This document shows, one piece after another, positions 1-10,415 of a stretch of 64,000 nt of DNA. The stretch is from NCBI GenBank assembly GCA_005223085.1, contig NJBP01000004.1, positions 855 to 64,854 on the forward strand, read 5' to 3'. The position numbers were made by a program, and so were the translations under genes. This stretch comes from Candidatus Aerophobetes bacterium Ae_b3b (GTDB lineage Bacteria; Aerophobota; Aerophobia; Aerophobales; AE-B3A). The stretch's first letter is position 1, and each line of letters opens with the position of its first letter. The notes under the pieces are model-generated. The model saw nothing but the letters and a program-made list of their open reading frames with translations, had not been told where the DNA came from and searched no databases.

Positions 1-1
1 T

Positions 2-409
2 GAAGCTTGTAAAAATCTAACTCGTACTCTACTTGAAATTAAAGAAAGAAATATAAAAGTTTCTCTTTCTCTCGCTCCCAGGACTTCTATATCCATTCTT
101 AAATCAGTAGCTGATATGCTCGACTTCGTAGTAATAATGGGTACAGATGTTGGGGTAAAAGGTCGCTCCTTGTTACCTTCTACTTACCAGAGAATAGCAG
201 AGGTCAAAAAGATTTTAGAAGGCCTAAGAATGAAGAATGTAAAAATTGAAGTGGACGGAGGCATAAGAAAAGAAACAGTTCCTCTTTTGATTAGAGCTGG
301 TGCCAATATCCTGGTGCCAGGATCACTGGTCTTCAAGGATAATTACTCACAAATTTTCTCTTGGCTTAGGCAACTAGATGAAAATCTACCAGATCTTAAT
401 ATACCTTGA
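2..409 (+). CDS. ribulose-phosphate 3-epimerase-family barrel protein, C-terminal part (5' end lies outside window)
   Basis: The frame is open from base 2, with no stop before listed ORF 116..409. The C-terminal motif KIEVDGGI...RAGANILVPGSLVF resembles Rpe/AlsE-type ribulose-phosphate-binding barrels. A full-length rpe paralog lies at 55484..56161. Confidence 0.6.
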   Translation, partial: EACKNLTRTLLEIKERNIKVSLSLAPRTSISILKSVADMLDFVVIMGTDVGVKGRSLLPSTYQRIAEVKKILEGLRMKNVKIEVDGGIRKETVPLLIRAGANILVPGSLVFKDNYSQIFSWLRQLDENLPDLNIP

Positions 410-532
410 AAGCTTTGAATTCTATCCCAAATTACTACTTCAAATAATCGGATCTCCCAGAGAAGATAACAGAAATTTAAAGAGTTAGCTATAATAAGAG
501 CCTAGGTCTAAAATAGAAGGGAAAAAGGAAGG

Positions 533-1708
533 ATGAAGATGGATGTTATAAGCAAACTAACCCAAAAAATTGACCAGTTAGTTGAATCATCTCGTAATCA
601 AAAGATTCAAAGATTCTGGCAACATCAGGAATATACCGCCAAGGACCATTGGCGGGGAATACCCCATTCAAGCAAGGACGTGAATATAATTCCTTTCACC
701 GTAGAGCCGGAGATCCCCATGTGGGCTAACATCTTGAATTTTAGCGTCAAGAAATTCTATACCAACCCCAGGTGCTATCTGCAAAATACCCTGAGAATGG
801 TGATTTATCGCTTTGAAGAGTTTCAAGATTTTACTCTGGTTGAGAAAAATATTCCCATCTGGCTGGGGGCTCCTTTTGAATCCAGCTTATTTGGCAGTAA
901 GCCTATATTTGTGGAGGGTGAAAGCCCCTGGATAGATAGAGAGCCTTTAATAAAACGTTATCAGGATCTGGATCGGTTAGAATCTCCCGATTTTCACGAA
1001 AGTGGCCTCATGCCCTTAGCTCACCGGATGTACCATGAAATTGGTGAGTTAATGGGGGATGAATATACCGTTGTTTTCCCGGAATGGAGAATGGGACCTC
1101 TGGGGGTGGGTTGTGCCCTGAGGGGAATGCAAAATTTACTCCTCGATGTCTTACTAAAACCAGAATTTGTTCACAAGTTGATGCGGTTTATCACCGATGC
1201 TCGAAAGAAGTGGGTAAAAGAGAGAGCTAAATTCCTGGGCCAAAAAGTAGGTAAAGCTGATCTGGATGATGATGAGGTAAACTCCCCCTCCCTTTCTCCA
1301 CAGCAATACGAGGAATTTATTCTTCCTTACGAGCAAGAAATCTGCCAGTTTCACGGGGGAATAGGATACTGGCACAGTTGTGGGGATACCACTAAATTGC
1401 TTAATTCAATCAGAAAAATTTCCCAGATTGATATGTTCCATATCGGACCCTGGACAGATCTGGAGCAAAGTAAAGAGGTTTTTGGTAAGGATACTGCTCT
1501 GGAAAAGTGCCTGATGCCGACCGCTGATGTTCAGCTGGCCTCGCAAAGCAAAATGGAGGCTAAACTAAATGAAATAAGAGGTATCCTGGATGGAACTTCG
1601 TATACCGTAAGAGCAGATGGACTGCAGGTCATAAATTCAGTGGAAGAAGATATAATGGTGATTAAAAAATGGACCAAGCTGGCCTGTAGAAAATTAAGGA
1701 TTGAATAG
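533..1708 (+). CDS. uroporphyrinogen decarboxylase (URO-D)-superfamily protein, possibly a methyltransferase-type member
   Basis: 391-aa ORF with purine-rich RBS (GGAAGG) before the ATG. Overall length and C-terminal ...YWHSCGDT...FHIGPW... pattern are typical of URO-D/MtaA-like folds. Family call is by eye only. Confidence 0.5.
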   Translation: MKMDVISKLTQKIDQLVESSRNQKIQRFWQHQEYTAKDHWRGIPHSSKDVNIIPFTVEPEIPMWANILNFSVKKFYTNPRCYLQNTLRMVIYRFEEFQDFTLVEKNIPIWLGAPFESSLFGSKPIFVEGESPWIDREPLIKRYQDLDRLESPDFHESGLMPLAHRMYHEIGELMGDEYTVVFPEWRMGPLGVGCALRGMQNLLLDVLLKPEFVHKLMRFITDARKKWVKERAKFLGQKVGKADLDDDEVNSPSLSPQQYEEFILPYEQEICQFHGGIGYWHSCGDTTKLLNSIRKISQIDMFHIGPWTDLEQSKEVFGKDTALEKCLMPTADVQLASQSKMEAKLNEIRGILDGTSYTVRADGLQVINSVEEDIMVIKKWTKLACRKLRIE

Positions 1709-1962
1709 CACCGTTGCTTTTTCCACCTGAGTTGACAAGATATTTTAGATTACGTAATTAGTTTAACCTTTTCGGGAAAAGTTCTCATAAAAGCGATGGC
1801 GTCTTCTCCCTTTAGAGGGGAATGGGCTATTGGCGCAGTTTGGATGCTTCCGTGTAATCTTGGTGAAAATAGAGGATAATAGATTCTTTTAGCAGAAACA
1901 TTGGCTGAGGCATGAAATTTGAATTAGAAAAACTGAAAATAAGATAATATCAGGAGGTAGAA

Positions 1963-2901
1963 ATGTTAGAGAAGAAAAGGGGAAAGGAACGGATAGTTTA
2001 TTTAGACGGGAGATTTGTTCCAGAAAGTCAGGCAAAAATCTCCATATTTGATACGGCTTTCCATAATGCTTACATGGTTCATGAGGCAATCAGGACTTTC
2101 AATGGAAAGCTATTTAAACTTGAAGAGCATACAGCTCGTCTCTTTCGGTCATTGCGATGTGCCAGGATAGATGCCGCTATGGGCCCAAGTGAGATGAAGA
2201 AGATATCCTTGGAGGTTCTGGAGGCTAATCAACATTTACTTGGGGAAAATGATGACTACTGGATTTACCAGCATGTTTCAGCGGGAGTTGTACCTCAGTT
2301 TAGATACGAGGATCGGACCTACAAGGATTCCACGGTTATCATATACTGCTGGATGCTCCCTTTTAAAGCCTATGCCAGATATTATGAAGTAGGCGCCCAT
2401 GCTATTACTCCCTGGGTTAGACGGATTTCTCCTCAGTGTGTTGATCCTAAGATAAAAACTTGCAGTCGGATGGATCTAAACTTAGGTACTAGAGAGGCAA
2501 AACTGATAGATCCGGACGGATACTGTCTCCTACTTGATGAGCAGACTAACGTAGCTGAAGGTGACGGATATAATTTTTTCATAGTAAGTAAAGGGGTATT
2601 GCGAACTCCAAGTCTTCGTAACGTTCTCGGTGGAATAAGTCGAGAAACGGTAATGGAGTTAGCTAAAGAAATGAAAATTTGTGTGGAAGAAACGGATATA
2701 CAAACATACGATGTTTATAATGCTGATGAAGCTTTTTTCACCGCTACTAGCTACTGCATTTTACCAGTTACAAAATTTAACGGTATCCAGATTGGTCAAG
2801 GCAAACCTGGGCTATTAACTAAACGTTTGTTAGAAGCTTGGAGTAATAAAGTAGGCATCAATATAGTCAAACAGACATTGAGTCACCTGGAGGAAAAATA
2901 A
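1963..2901 (+). CDS. class IV (fold type IV) PLP aminotransferase, branched-chain/D-amino-acid type
   Basis: 312-aa ORF with strong RBS AGGAGG 7 nt upstream. The N-terminus IVYLDGRFVPESQAKISIFD...HEAIRTFNGKLFKLEEHTARL is characteristic of IlvE/Dat family. Confidence 0.8.
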   Translation: MLEKKRGKERIVYLDGRFVPESQAKISIFDTAFHNAYMVHEAIRTFNGKLFKLEEHTARLFRSLRCARIDAAMGPSEMKKISLEVLEANQHLLGENDDYWIYQHVSAGVVPQFRYEDRTYKDSTVIIYCWMLPFKAYARYYEVGAHAITPWVRRISPQCVDPKIKTCSRMDLNLGTREAKLIDPDGYCLLLDEQTNVAEGDGYNFFIVSKGVLRTPSLRNVLGGISRETVMELAKEMKICVEETDIQTYDVYNADEAFFTATSYCILPVTKFNGIQIGQGKPGLLTKRLLEAWSNKVGINIVKQTLSHLEEK

Positions 2902-2904
2902 TCT

Positions 2905-3672
2905 TTGATGTTTTTCCCCTATATTCGTAATCCTCGTCTCTCTCAGCAGTTGGATAATTTAGCCAAGGAGCACAGTGTAACTGTGTTAGCTACGGGAGTA
3001 AACCCTGGTTTTGCAATGGACACACTCCCGCTTTTTCTTACAGGTGTTTGTCAGAAGGTGAAAAGTATTCACATAGAAAGAGTGGTTGATGCATCTACCC
3101 GACGCTTACCTCTACAAACGAAAATCGGAGTAGCGCTTACACCAGAAAAGTTCCAGGAAGGCGTTAAGAAGAAAAGAATTAGCCATGTTGGTTTGGCTGA
3201 ATCGTTGGCCTATCTTGCCTGGAACTTAGGCTGGCAATTGGATAATGTAGAGGAGACTATAGATCCTGTCCTAGCAGGGAAAGATATATCAACTCAGTAC
3301 TTTACCATTAAGAAAAATCAAGTTGTGGGGATAAAACAAATTGTCCGAGGTATCGACAAAGACAGGAATAAACTAATTCGTCTGGACCTACAAATGTACG
3401 TAGGTGCCAGGGATCCCCATGATTTAATATTAATTAAAGGAGAACCTGATCTTAGGGTGCGTATTAAAGGAGGAATCGCAGGCGATATAGCTACGGCAGC
3501 AATCCTGGCAAATTCCATTCCTCTAGTAATGAAGAAGCAAGCTGGATTGATAACTACGAAAGACTTGCCTCTCCTTAAATTACCGGCCACCTGCTCCCGA
3601 GGCTACTATTCCGTTGCCTCTAACTTAACGAGTGGTACTATTAATGGGGGCAGGTCAGCTAAGATGTGTTAA
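2905..3672 (+). CDS. N-terminally truncated DapB-like NAD(P)-dependent amine dehydrogenase (2,4-diaminopentanoate dehydrogenase family), C-terminal ~250 aa only
   Basis: Contains GVNPGFAMDTLPLFLTGVCQKVKSIHIERVVDASTRR, typical of the middle/C-terminal domain of this family. The Rossmann GxGxxG N-terminal domain is absent. The ORF starts 3 nt after the stop of the aminotransferase. Confidence 0.5.
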   Translation: MMFFPYIRNPRLSQQLDNLAKEHSVTVLATGVNPGFAMDTLPLFLTGVCQKVKSIHIERVVDASTRRLPLQTKIGVALTPEKFQEGVKKKRISHVGLAESLAYLAWNLGWQLDNVEETIDPVLAGKDISTQYFTIKKNQVVGIKQIVRGIDKDRNKLIRLDLQMYVGARDPHDLILIKGEPDLRVRIKGGIAGDIATAAILANSIPLVMKKQAGLITTKDLPLLKLPATCSRGYYSVASNLTSGTINGGRSAKMC

Positions 3673-3710
3673 CTAAAATTATTATTTGGCCACACTGGAG
3701 AATTCTCAAA

Positions 3711-3738
3711 TTGACATCTGTTTCGCACCTGTTACAAT
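3711..3738 (+). promoter_or_regulatory. sigma70-like promoter upstream of metVF
   Basis: TTGACA (3711-3716), 16-nt spacer, TACAAT (3733-3738). Confidence 0.5.
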
Positions 3739-3787
3739 GAATAGAAACAACGAGCATAGGAACAAGGATCGGATCAGCTATGGTAAA

Positions 3788-3816
3788 CCCCGTTAGAGAC
3801 AAAATCTCTAACGGGG
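3788..3816 (+). other. perfect 12-bp stem-loop in the metVF leader
   Basis: CCCCGTTAGAGA-caaaa-TCTCTAACGGGG. No T-tract follows on the plus strand. Confidence 0.4.
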
Positions 3817-3923
3817 TAAAACAGATTGTAAGACCCACAGAGGAAAGATAAAGACTAAAAAACAAAAGGAAAGGGAAGCAAATTTCGGTGAGTCTTCCAC
3901 CAGCCTAGAAAGGAGAGTCAAAG

Positions 3924-5579
3924 GTGATAATTACCCAACAAAAACCATTTGAAGAAATAATCGGTTTTTTAGAAAGGTCTAATGCAGTTTTCATCTGTGG
4001 ATGCAGTGAGTGCGCTACTCTCTGCAAGACCGGGGGAGAGGAAGAAGTAAAGCAGATGAAAAAAAGATTGGAAGAGACGGGGAAAAAGGGTTCCGGCTGG
4101 GTAGTATTAGATCCTGCCTGTAATATCCTGGAGAATAAAAAACATTTTCGGGAAAATAAAGCCCAGCTCTCTAAGGCTGACTCTATCCTGGTACTTGCCT
4201 GTGGTAATGGAGTCCAGGCAGTGAGTGAGTCCATAGATAAAATAGTCTATCCAGGAGTAAATACCCTCTTCTTAGGCGATATTATCCGTTTTGGGCAATT
4301 TGAGGAAAGATGTCAGCTTTGCGGGGAGTGTCTTCTGGATAAAACCGGAGGAATCTGTCCCATTTCTCGTTGTTCCAAGAGTCTACTTAATGGGCCCTGC
4401 GGAGGCTCTGAAAACGGAAAATGTGAAATTGATCCCGATATTGATTGTGCCTGGCAACTGATAATCGATCGCTTAAGTAAACAGGAGCAGATCGACAGAT
4501 TAAAAGAGATAATTCCAGCTAAGGATTGGTCAACCTCCAGAGACGGAGGGCCAAGAAAACTTAATATACGTGAACCACACCACAAAAAGGCGGCTACTTC
4601 GAAAGAAAAGAAGACCGAAGAAGCTAAAACTCCGGTTTCCTCAGTAAAGGCCAATAGTAATCTAAGAAGAATACTAGACGGTGGTGAGTTCGCCGTGACT
4701 GGGGAACTCGGACCTCCCAAAGGAGCAGATGCCGAGGTAATTAAGAAAAAGGCTCTCTATTTTAAAGATTCTGTAGATGCAGTAAACATCACTGATAACC
4801 AAACAGCCATTGTCCGAATGTCCAGTATAGCCGCTGGTGTTATCCTTAGCCAGATGGATATAGAACCTGTCGTTCAAATGGTCTGCCGGGATAGAAACAG
4901 ACTAGCTATCCAGAGCGACATCTTAGGAGCAGCAGCTCTGGGAATTAGAAATGTTCTTTGTCTTTCTGGAGACCATCAGAAATTTGGTAACCATCCCCAG
5001 GCAAAAAATGTCTATGACCTTGATGCTATTGGGCTCATTCAGGTTTTAAAAAGCATGCGGGATGAGAAAAAATTCCTCAGTGGTGATAGTTTAACCGTCT
5101 CACCTCAGCTTTACATCGGAGCAGTGGAAAATCCTTACGCAGATCCCTACGAGTTTAGAGCCATAAGATTAGCTAAAAAAATTGAAGCTGGCTGCGATTT
5201 TATTCAAACTCAAGGAGTCTTTAATGTGAAAAAATTTAGGGACTGGATGAAAATCGTAAGGGACAGTGGTTTAGACGGGAAAGTTCATATTTTAGCCGGT
5301 GTGATTCCCATAAAATCTGCCGGAATGGCCCGCTATATGAGAGATTATGTATCCGGAGTTAGCCTCCCTGATGAAATTGTAAGCAGAATGGAGGATGCCA
5401 AAGATCCAAAAGAGGAGGGTACCCGGATATGTGTGGAGATTATTGAACAATTAAAGGAAATCGAAGGCATTCACGGGATACATATCATGGCTGTCGCCTG
5501 GGAAAACATTATCCCGGTGATGGTAAAACAAGTAAAGCTATGGCCCCGCCCTAAAATTGAAAATATCAGAGCAAGCTAA
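3924..5579 (+). CDS. metF: fused MetV (Cys-rich MTHFR-associated domain) - MetF methylenetetrahydrofolate reductase
   Basis: GTG start preceded by AAAGGAGAG. The N-terminal ~190 aa are Cys-rich (CGCSECATLC...CQLCGEC...CPISRC...NGPCGG...GKCE), as in MetV. A Lys/Ser-rich linker follows. The C-terminal ~300 aa carry MetF motifs (FAVTGELGPPKG...NITDNQ...MVCRDRN...CLSGDH). Confidence 0.8.
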   Translation: MIITQQKPFEEIIGFLERSNAVFICGCSECATLCKTGGEEEVKQMKKRLEETGKKGSGWVVLDPACNILENKKHFRENKAQLSKADSILVLACGNGVQAVSESIDKIVYPGVNTLFLGDIIRFGQFEERCQLCGECLLDKTGGICPISRCSKSLLNGPCGGSENGKCEIDPDIDCAWQLIIDRLSKQEQIDRLKEIIPAKDWSTSRDGGPRKLNIREPHHKKAATSKEKKTEEAKTPVSSVKANSNLRRILDGGEFAVTGELGPPKGADAEVIKKKALYFKDSVDAVNITDNQTAIVRMSSIAAGVILSQMDIEPVVQMVCRDRNRLAIQSDILGAAALGIRNVLCLSGDHQKFGNHPQAKNVYDLDAIGLIQVLKSMRDEKKFLSGDSLTVSPQLYIGAVENPYADPYEFRAIRLAKKIEAGCDFIQTQGVFNVKKFRDWMKIVRDSGLDGKVHILAGVIPIKSAGMARYMRDYVSGVSLPDEIVSRMEDAKDPKEEGTRICVEIIEQLKEIEGIHGIHIMAVAWENIIPVMVKQVKLWPRPKIENIRAS

Positions 5580-5639
5580 GATATTAATGGCAGAAAGGCG
5601 AGTTCAACCCCAAGAGTTAATATCCAGAACAAAATCTTT

Positions 5640-6038
5640 ATGGAGAAAGGAGTGAGATCAGTGTATCCAGAAAATCTAAAATACTTGGATACTCACCAAT
5701 GGATTAAGGTGGAAGCGACCATTGGTAAGGTCGGAATTAGCTGGTACGGACAAGAACAGCTTGGTGAAATTTTGTTGGTTGAGCTACCCAAGGTCGGCGA
5801 GGAGATAACGCACAAGAAAACATTTGCTACACTTGAGTCGTCCAAAACAGCCTTCGAAGTTCCTTCACCGGTAAGTGGGAAAGTGATAGAAATCAATACT
5901 CAGCTTGAGGAGGACCCTTCCTTGATTAACAAAGATCCTTACGGACGCGGTTGGATGATAAAGCTCGAAATCTCCCATCCGCAAGAAATCGATTCTTTGC
6001 TCAACGCACAGGAATATAAAAAGTTAGTGGAACAATAG
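5640..6038 (+). CDS. gcvH: glycine cleavage system H protein (lipoyl carrier)
   Basis: Motifs YLDTHQWIK...VGISWYGQEQLGEI and lipoyl-lysine context LESSKTAFEV...SGKVIEIN. A GTG at 5661 with AAGGAG 8 nt upstream is an alternative start. Confidence 0.85.
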   Translation: MEKGVRSVYPENLKYLDTHQWIKVEATIGKVGISWYGQEQLGEILLVELPKVGEEITHKKTFATLESSKTAFEVPSPVSGKVIEINTQLEEDPSLINKDPYGRGWMIKLEISHPQEIDSLLNAQEYKKLVEQ

Positions 6039-6146
6039 ATTAGGAAAATTTATGAGTGTCGTAGTTGACTCGGAAAAAAAAGATAGAGCCTGTTATGTAT
6101 TGAATATGGATCTCTTTATTCATTACCTTTCTCTTCGACTGCCAAA

Positions 6147-7160
6147 TTACCGTGATAGGTACTTCAAAGGATTCCGGGCTTTACCATTCTTAACTATGGC
6201 AAAGAAGAGATGGGGCCCGGTAGACCGCCCAGTATTGCCGCTCAAGCCTATTTTTTGACCCTGACGAACATACTGTCCTCTCTTCACCAGCACCCGGGAA
6301 AGATGAGCATAATAACTACGGGAATTATCACCGCCTCGGATAACCACTAATTTTCCATATCCCTTGTTCCATCCCGTACCCCGATAGGTCACTACCACCC
6401 GACCACTGTGAGAAGCCCTTATCGGGGTCCCGGTATTCACAGCTATATCAATTCCCCGGTGATATTCCCTTCCTTTTTTACTAAAAGGGTTAGGCCTCCA
6501 GCCAAAACCCGAACTGATGCGTCCTCTCACAGGCCAGATAAAGGTGTAAAGTGGTTTTATAGCCGGGACGAAAATCTTTTGTCCTACCGGGATAAGGTGT
6601 GGGTTTTCAATCTGATTAATCTGCATAATTTCGTGCAAAGAGACATCATAGGTTCTAGCAATACGGCTCAGAGTTTGGCCGCGGGGAACCTGATAGACAA
6701 AGCCATCCATATTGTAAATCTTTAATTTCTGACCGGGATGGATGGGCTGCGAGGGAGAAAGATTATTAGCATGTACCACGGTACTAAGGTGTAGACCATG
6801 CTCCCTAGCTATACCCCAAAGGGTAGCTCCCGGTTTTACCACGTGGGTCTTGACCTCAAGTAGATTTTTTTTCTGAGCTTCATTTAGGCTTTGATTGGAA
6901 CCGGTATCTGTATTTTTCTTTTCTGCTCTCTCTCTTTGCGGTAAACGCCGTTGGGTATCATCCGTAGATCCCAAATATCTTGTATCTTGGTTGCTGAGTG
7001 TGCTCGAATTCATTTGCCTATCAGCCGGATTTAATGATGGAGCTTGACCCTGAGGATGTCTCACCAGTACTTTGAAAGCTACCAAGACCAGCACTAAAGA
7101 AAGAAATCCTATGAAGCAAATTTTGAATTTTCCTCTCAGCAAATTTTTTAGGCAACTCAT
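6147..7160 (-). CDS. NlpD-like envelope protein: signal anchor, two LysM domains, C-terminal LytM (M23) domain with degenerate HxH
   Basis: There is an N-terminal hydrophobic segment. LysM repeats are VKPGATLWGIAREHGL... and YQVPRGQTLSRIARTYDV.... The M23 motif HRGIDIA is present, but PHLHFE is replaced by PHLFFA. RBS GGAGGAG. Confidence 0.8.
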   Translation of the reverse strand: MSCLKNLLRGKFKICFIGFLSLVLVLVAFKVLVRHPQGQAPSLNPADRQMNSSTLSNQDTRYLGSTDDTQRRLPQRERAEKKNTDTGSNQSLNEAQKKNLLEVKTHVVKPGATLWGIAREHGLHLSTVVHANNLSPSQPIHPGQKLKIYNMDGFVYQVPRGQTLSRIARTYDVSLHEIMQINQIENPHLIPVGQKIFVPAIKPLYTFIWPVRGRISSGFGWRPNPFSKKGREYHRGIDIAVNTGTPIRASHSGRVVVTYRGTGWNKGYGKLVVIRGGDNSRSYYAHLSRVLVKRGQYVRQGQKIGLSGNTGRSTGPHLFFAIVKNGKARNPLKYLSR

Positions 7161-7231
7161 TATTTTCTCCTCCAGGAAATAAACTTCGATATTTGATTTC
7201 TCTAGCTTCCGTACCTGTAGGTTCCATTCTC

Positions 7232-7260
7232 AATATAACACAATGCTAATGAGTTGTCAA
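7232..7260 (-). promoter_or_regulatory. sigma70-like promoter for the NlpD-like gene
   Basis: On the minus strand: TTGACA (7260-7255), 17-nt spacer, TATATT (7237-7232). Confidence 0.45.
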
Positions 7261-7683
7261 AAATGCGGAGGGAACCCAAAATTATAGGCTCTTTCGGCTA
7301 CCGTCGTGCGTCTTGATTTATTCGTTTTTTCCTGATAAGATAATAGCGTCTGGACTCAAGATCACCCATGAGGTAGATTTATACATGAGGAGGCAAAAAA
7401 TGACAGAATACATCCAGGTTTTAACCACTACAGAAAAAAGACAAGATGCTGAAAAAATTGCCAAAACTTTAGTAGAGAAAAGGTTAGCTGCTTGCATCCA
7501 GATTATGGGCCCGATGCTGAGCACCTATTGGTGGAAAAATCATGTTGAGACCGCGGAAGAATGGTTATGCATCATCAAGAGTAAATTAAAGCTCTATGAA
7601 GAACTCGAAAAATCAATTCGGCAAATCCATCCCTATGAGGTGCCTGAGATATTAGCCATACCTGTTATTGTGGGCAGTAAAGA

Positions 7684-9200
<1,517 letters not shown>

Positions 9201-9313
9201 TTACCTATCACCCGCTGTGTCAACTCTGGACGACTTGTAGAGCCAGATCCATAAAGGAAACTCAAAAAAAGGAATTCTTGCCAATCAGAGAAAATTGGTA
9301 TAGTATTAAAAAG

Positions 9314-10408
9314 ATGAAGATACTGAACCGCTATATTCTAAAGGAGATAAGTAGTGCTTTTATTTTTGGATTCATCTTCTTTAACTTCATATTGTTCATT
9401 GGCATCATATTTGATCTTACCGAGCTCATCTTCATTGAAAATGTTCCTCTGGTAGATGTGGGTAAATTGGTAATATTTAAGGTTCCCTCTTTCTTTGACA
9501 TCGTTATCCCCGTCTCGCTCCTATTCGCCAGTTTACTCAGTTTTGGGCGACTCAGCTCTGAAGGAGAAATAATCGCTATGAGGAGCTCAGGGATAAGTTT
9601 ATTCCATATAACGGGATTGCTGCTATTGTTCGCCTTTTCCTTAACCTTAGGATCTCTTTTGTTTTCTTTCTCTCTTACTCCCTGGTGTAACCAATATTAT
9701 AAAAAGACATACCAAAAGATAATCTTTCAAAGACCTACCATCCAGGTTAAAGAAAGAATAATTACCAATCTTAAAGAGAGAAGACTTTACACTTATCACA
9801 TTGATCCAAAAAATTACCAGATGCAGGAAATCGTTCTTTATGAATTTCCCTCCGACGGAAACTATATCTTTCCCCAAATTACTCTGGCTCAGCAGGGAAA
9901 ATTCGAAGAGGAGATCTTAAAACTGGAAAAAGTAACCTTCTATCGTTTTGGAAATAATTACCGAATCTATCGAAGGGGAAGATTTGATTCTCAGACCGTT
10001 TATCTGACCTCCAGAGTTCCAGAGAAAGCCGCAGAGAAAAGAGCTATCAGCGAGTTGAACCTATGGCAAATAGGTCAGAAATTGAGTTCGGAAAAAACTA
10101 AGCCTAAACCCGATGAAGAGAAAATAAGGAAGCTAGCCGTCGATTTCCACGGTCGAATAGCCATCCCTCTAGCTACTTTCTTAATGGGTCTGATTGCTGT
10201 TCCCCTGGCAATAAAGATAAAAAGGGGAGAGAAATCCATCAGTCTGGGAATAAGCCTCATCATAACTGTGGCCTATTATGTCCTTTTTATGGCAGGAAGG
10301 TTTTTAGGAAGGGGAGGACTTTTGCCCCCTTATCTTGCTATGTGGCTGCCCAACATATTGTTAAGTGCAGCCGGCATCTGGTTAAGTACGAGGCTTACCG
10401 AGGTATAA
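9314..10408 (+). CDS. lptF: LPS export ABC permease, LptF/LptG (YjgP/YjgQ) family
   Basis: The N-terminus MKILNRYILKEI..., six TM segments and a large periplasmic loop are typical of the family. The listed start 9278 (TTG) is probably upstream of the true ATG at 9314. Confidence 0.7.
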   Translation: MKILNRYILKEISSAFIFGFIFFNFILFIGIIFDLTELIFIENVPLVDVGKLVIFKVPSFFDIVIPVSLLFASLLSFGRLSSEGEIIAMRSSGISLFHITGLLLLFAFSLTLGSLLFSFSLTPWCNQYYKKTYQKIIFQRPTIQVKERIITNLKERRLYTYHIDPKNYQMQEIVLYEFPSDGNYIFPQITLAQQGKFEEEILKLEKVTFYRFGNNYRIYRRGRFDSQTVYLTSRVPEKAAEKRAISELNLWQIGQKLSSEKTKPKPDEEKIRKLAVDFHGRIAIPLATFLMGLIAVPLAIKIKRGEKSISLGISLIITVAYYVLFMAGRFLGRGGLLPPYLAMWLPNILLSAAGIWLSTRLTEV

Positions 10409-10415
10409 AGCTCTC

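Noticed and set aside
1709-1962. A ~250-nt leader upstream of the class IV aminotransferase, considered as a possible T-box or riboswitch.
   Set aside because: I found no T-box sequence, specifier-loop architecture, terminator/antiterminator pair or known riboswitch core by eye. There is only a weak promoter-like TTGACA-17-TAATTA.
9278-9313. A TTG-initiated N-terminal extension of LptF in the listed ORF.
   Set aside because: The family N-terminus begins at MKILNRYILKE (ATG 9314). The TTG coincides with a TTGCCA-15-TGGTATAGT promoter-like sequence, so it is probably untranslated.
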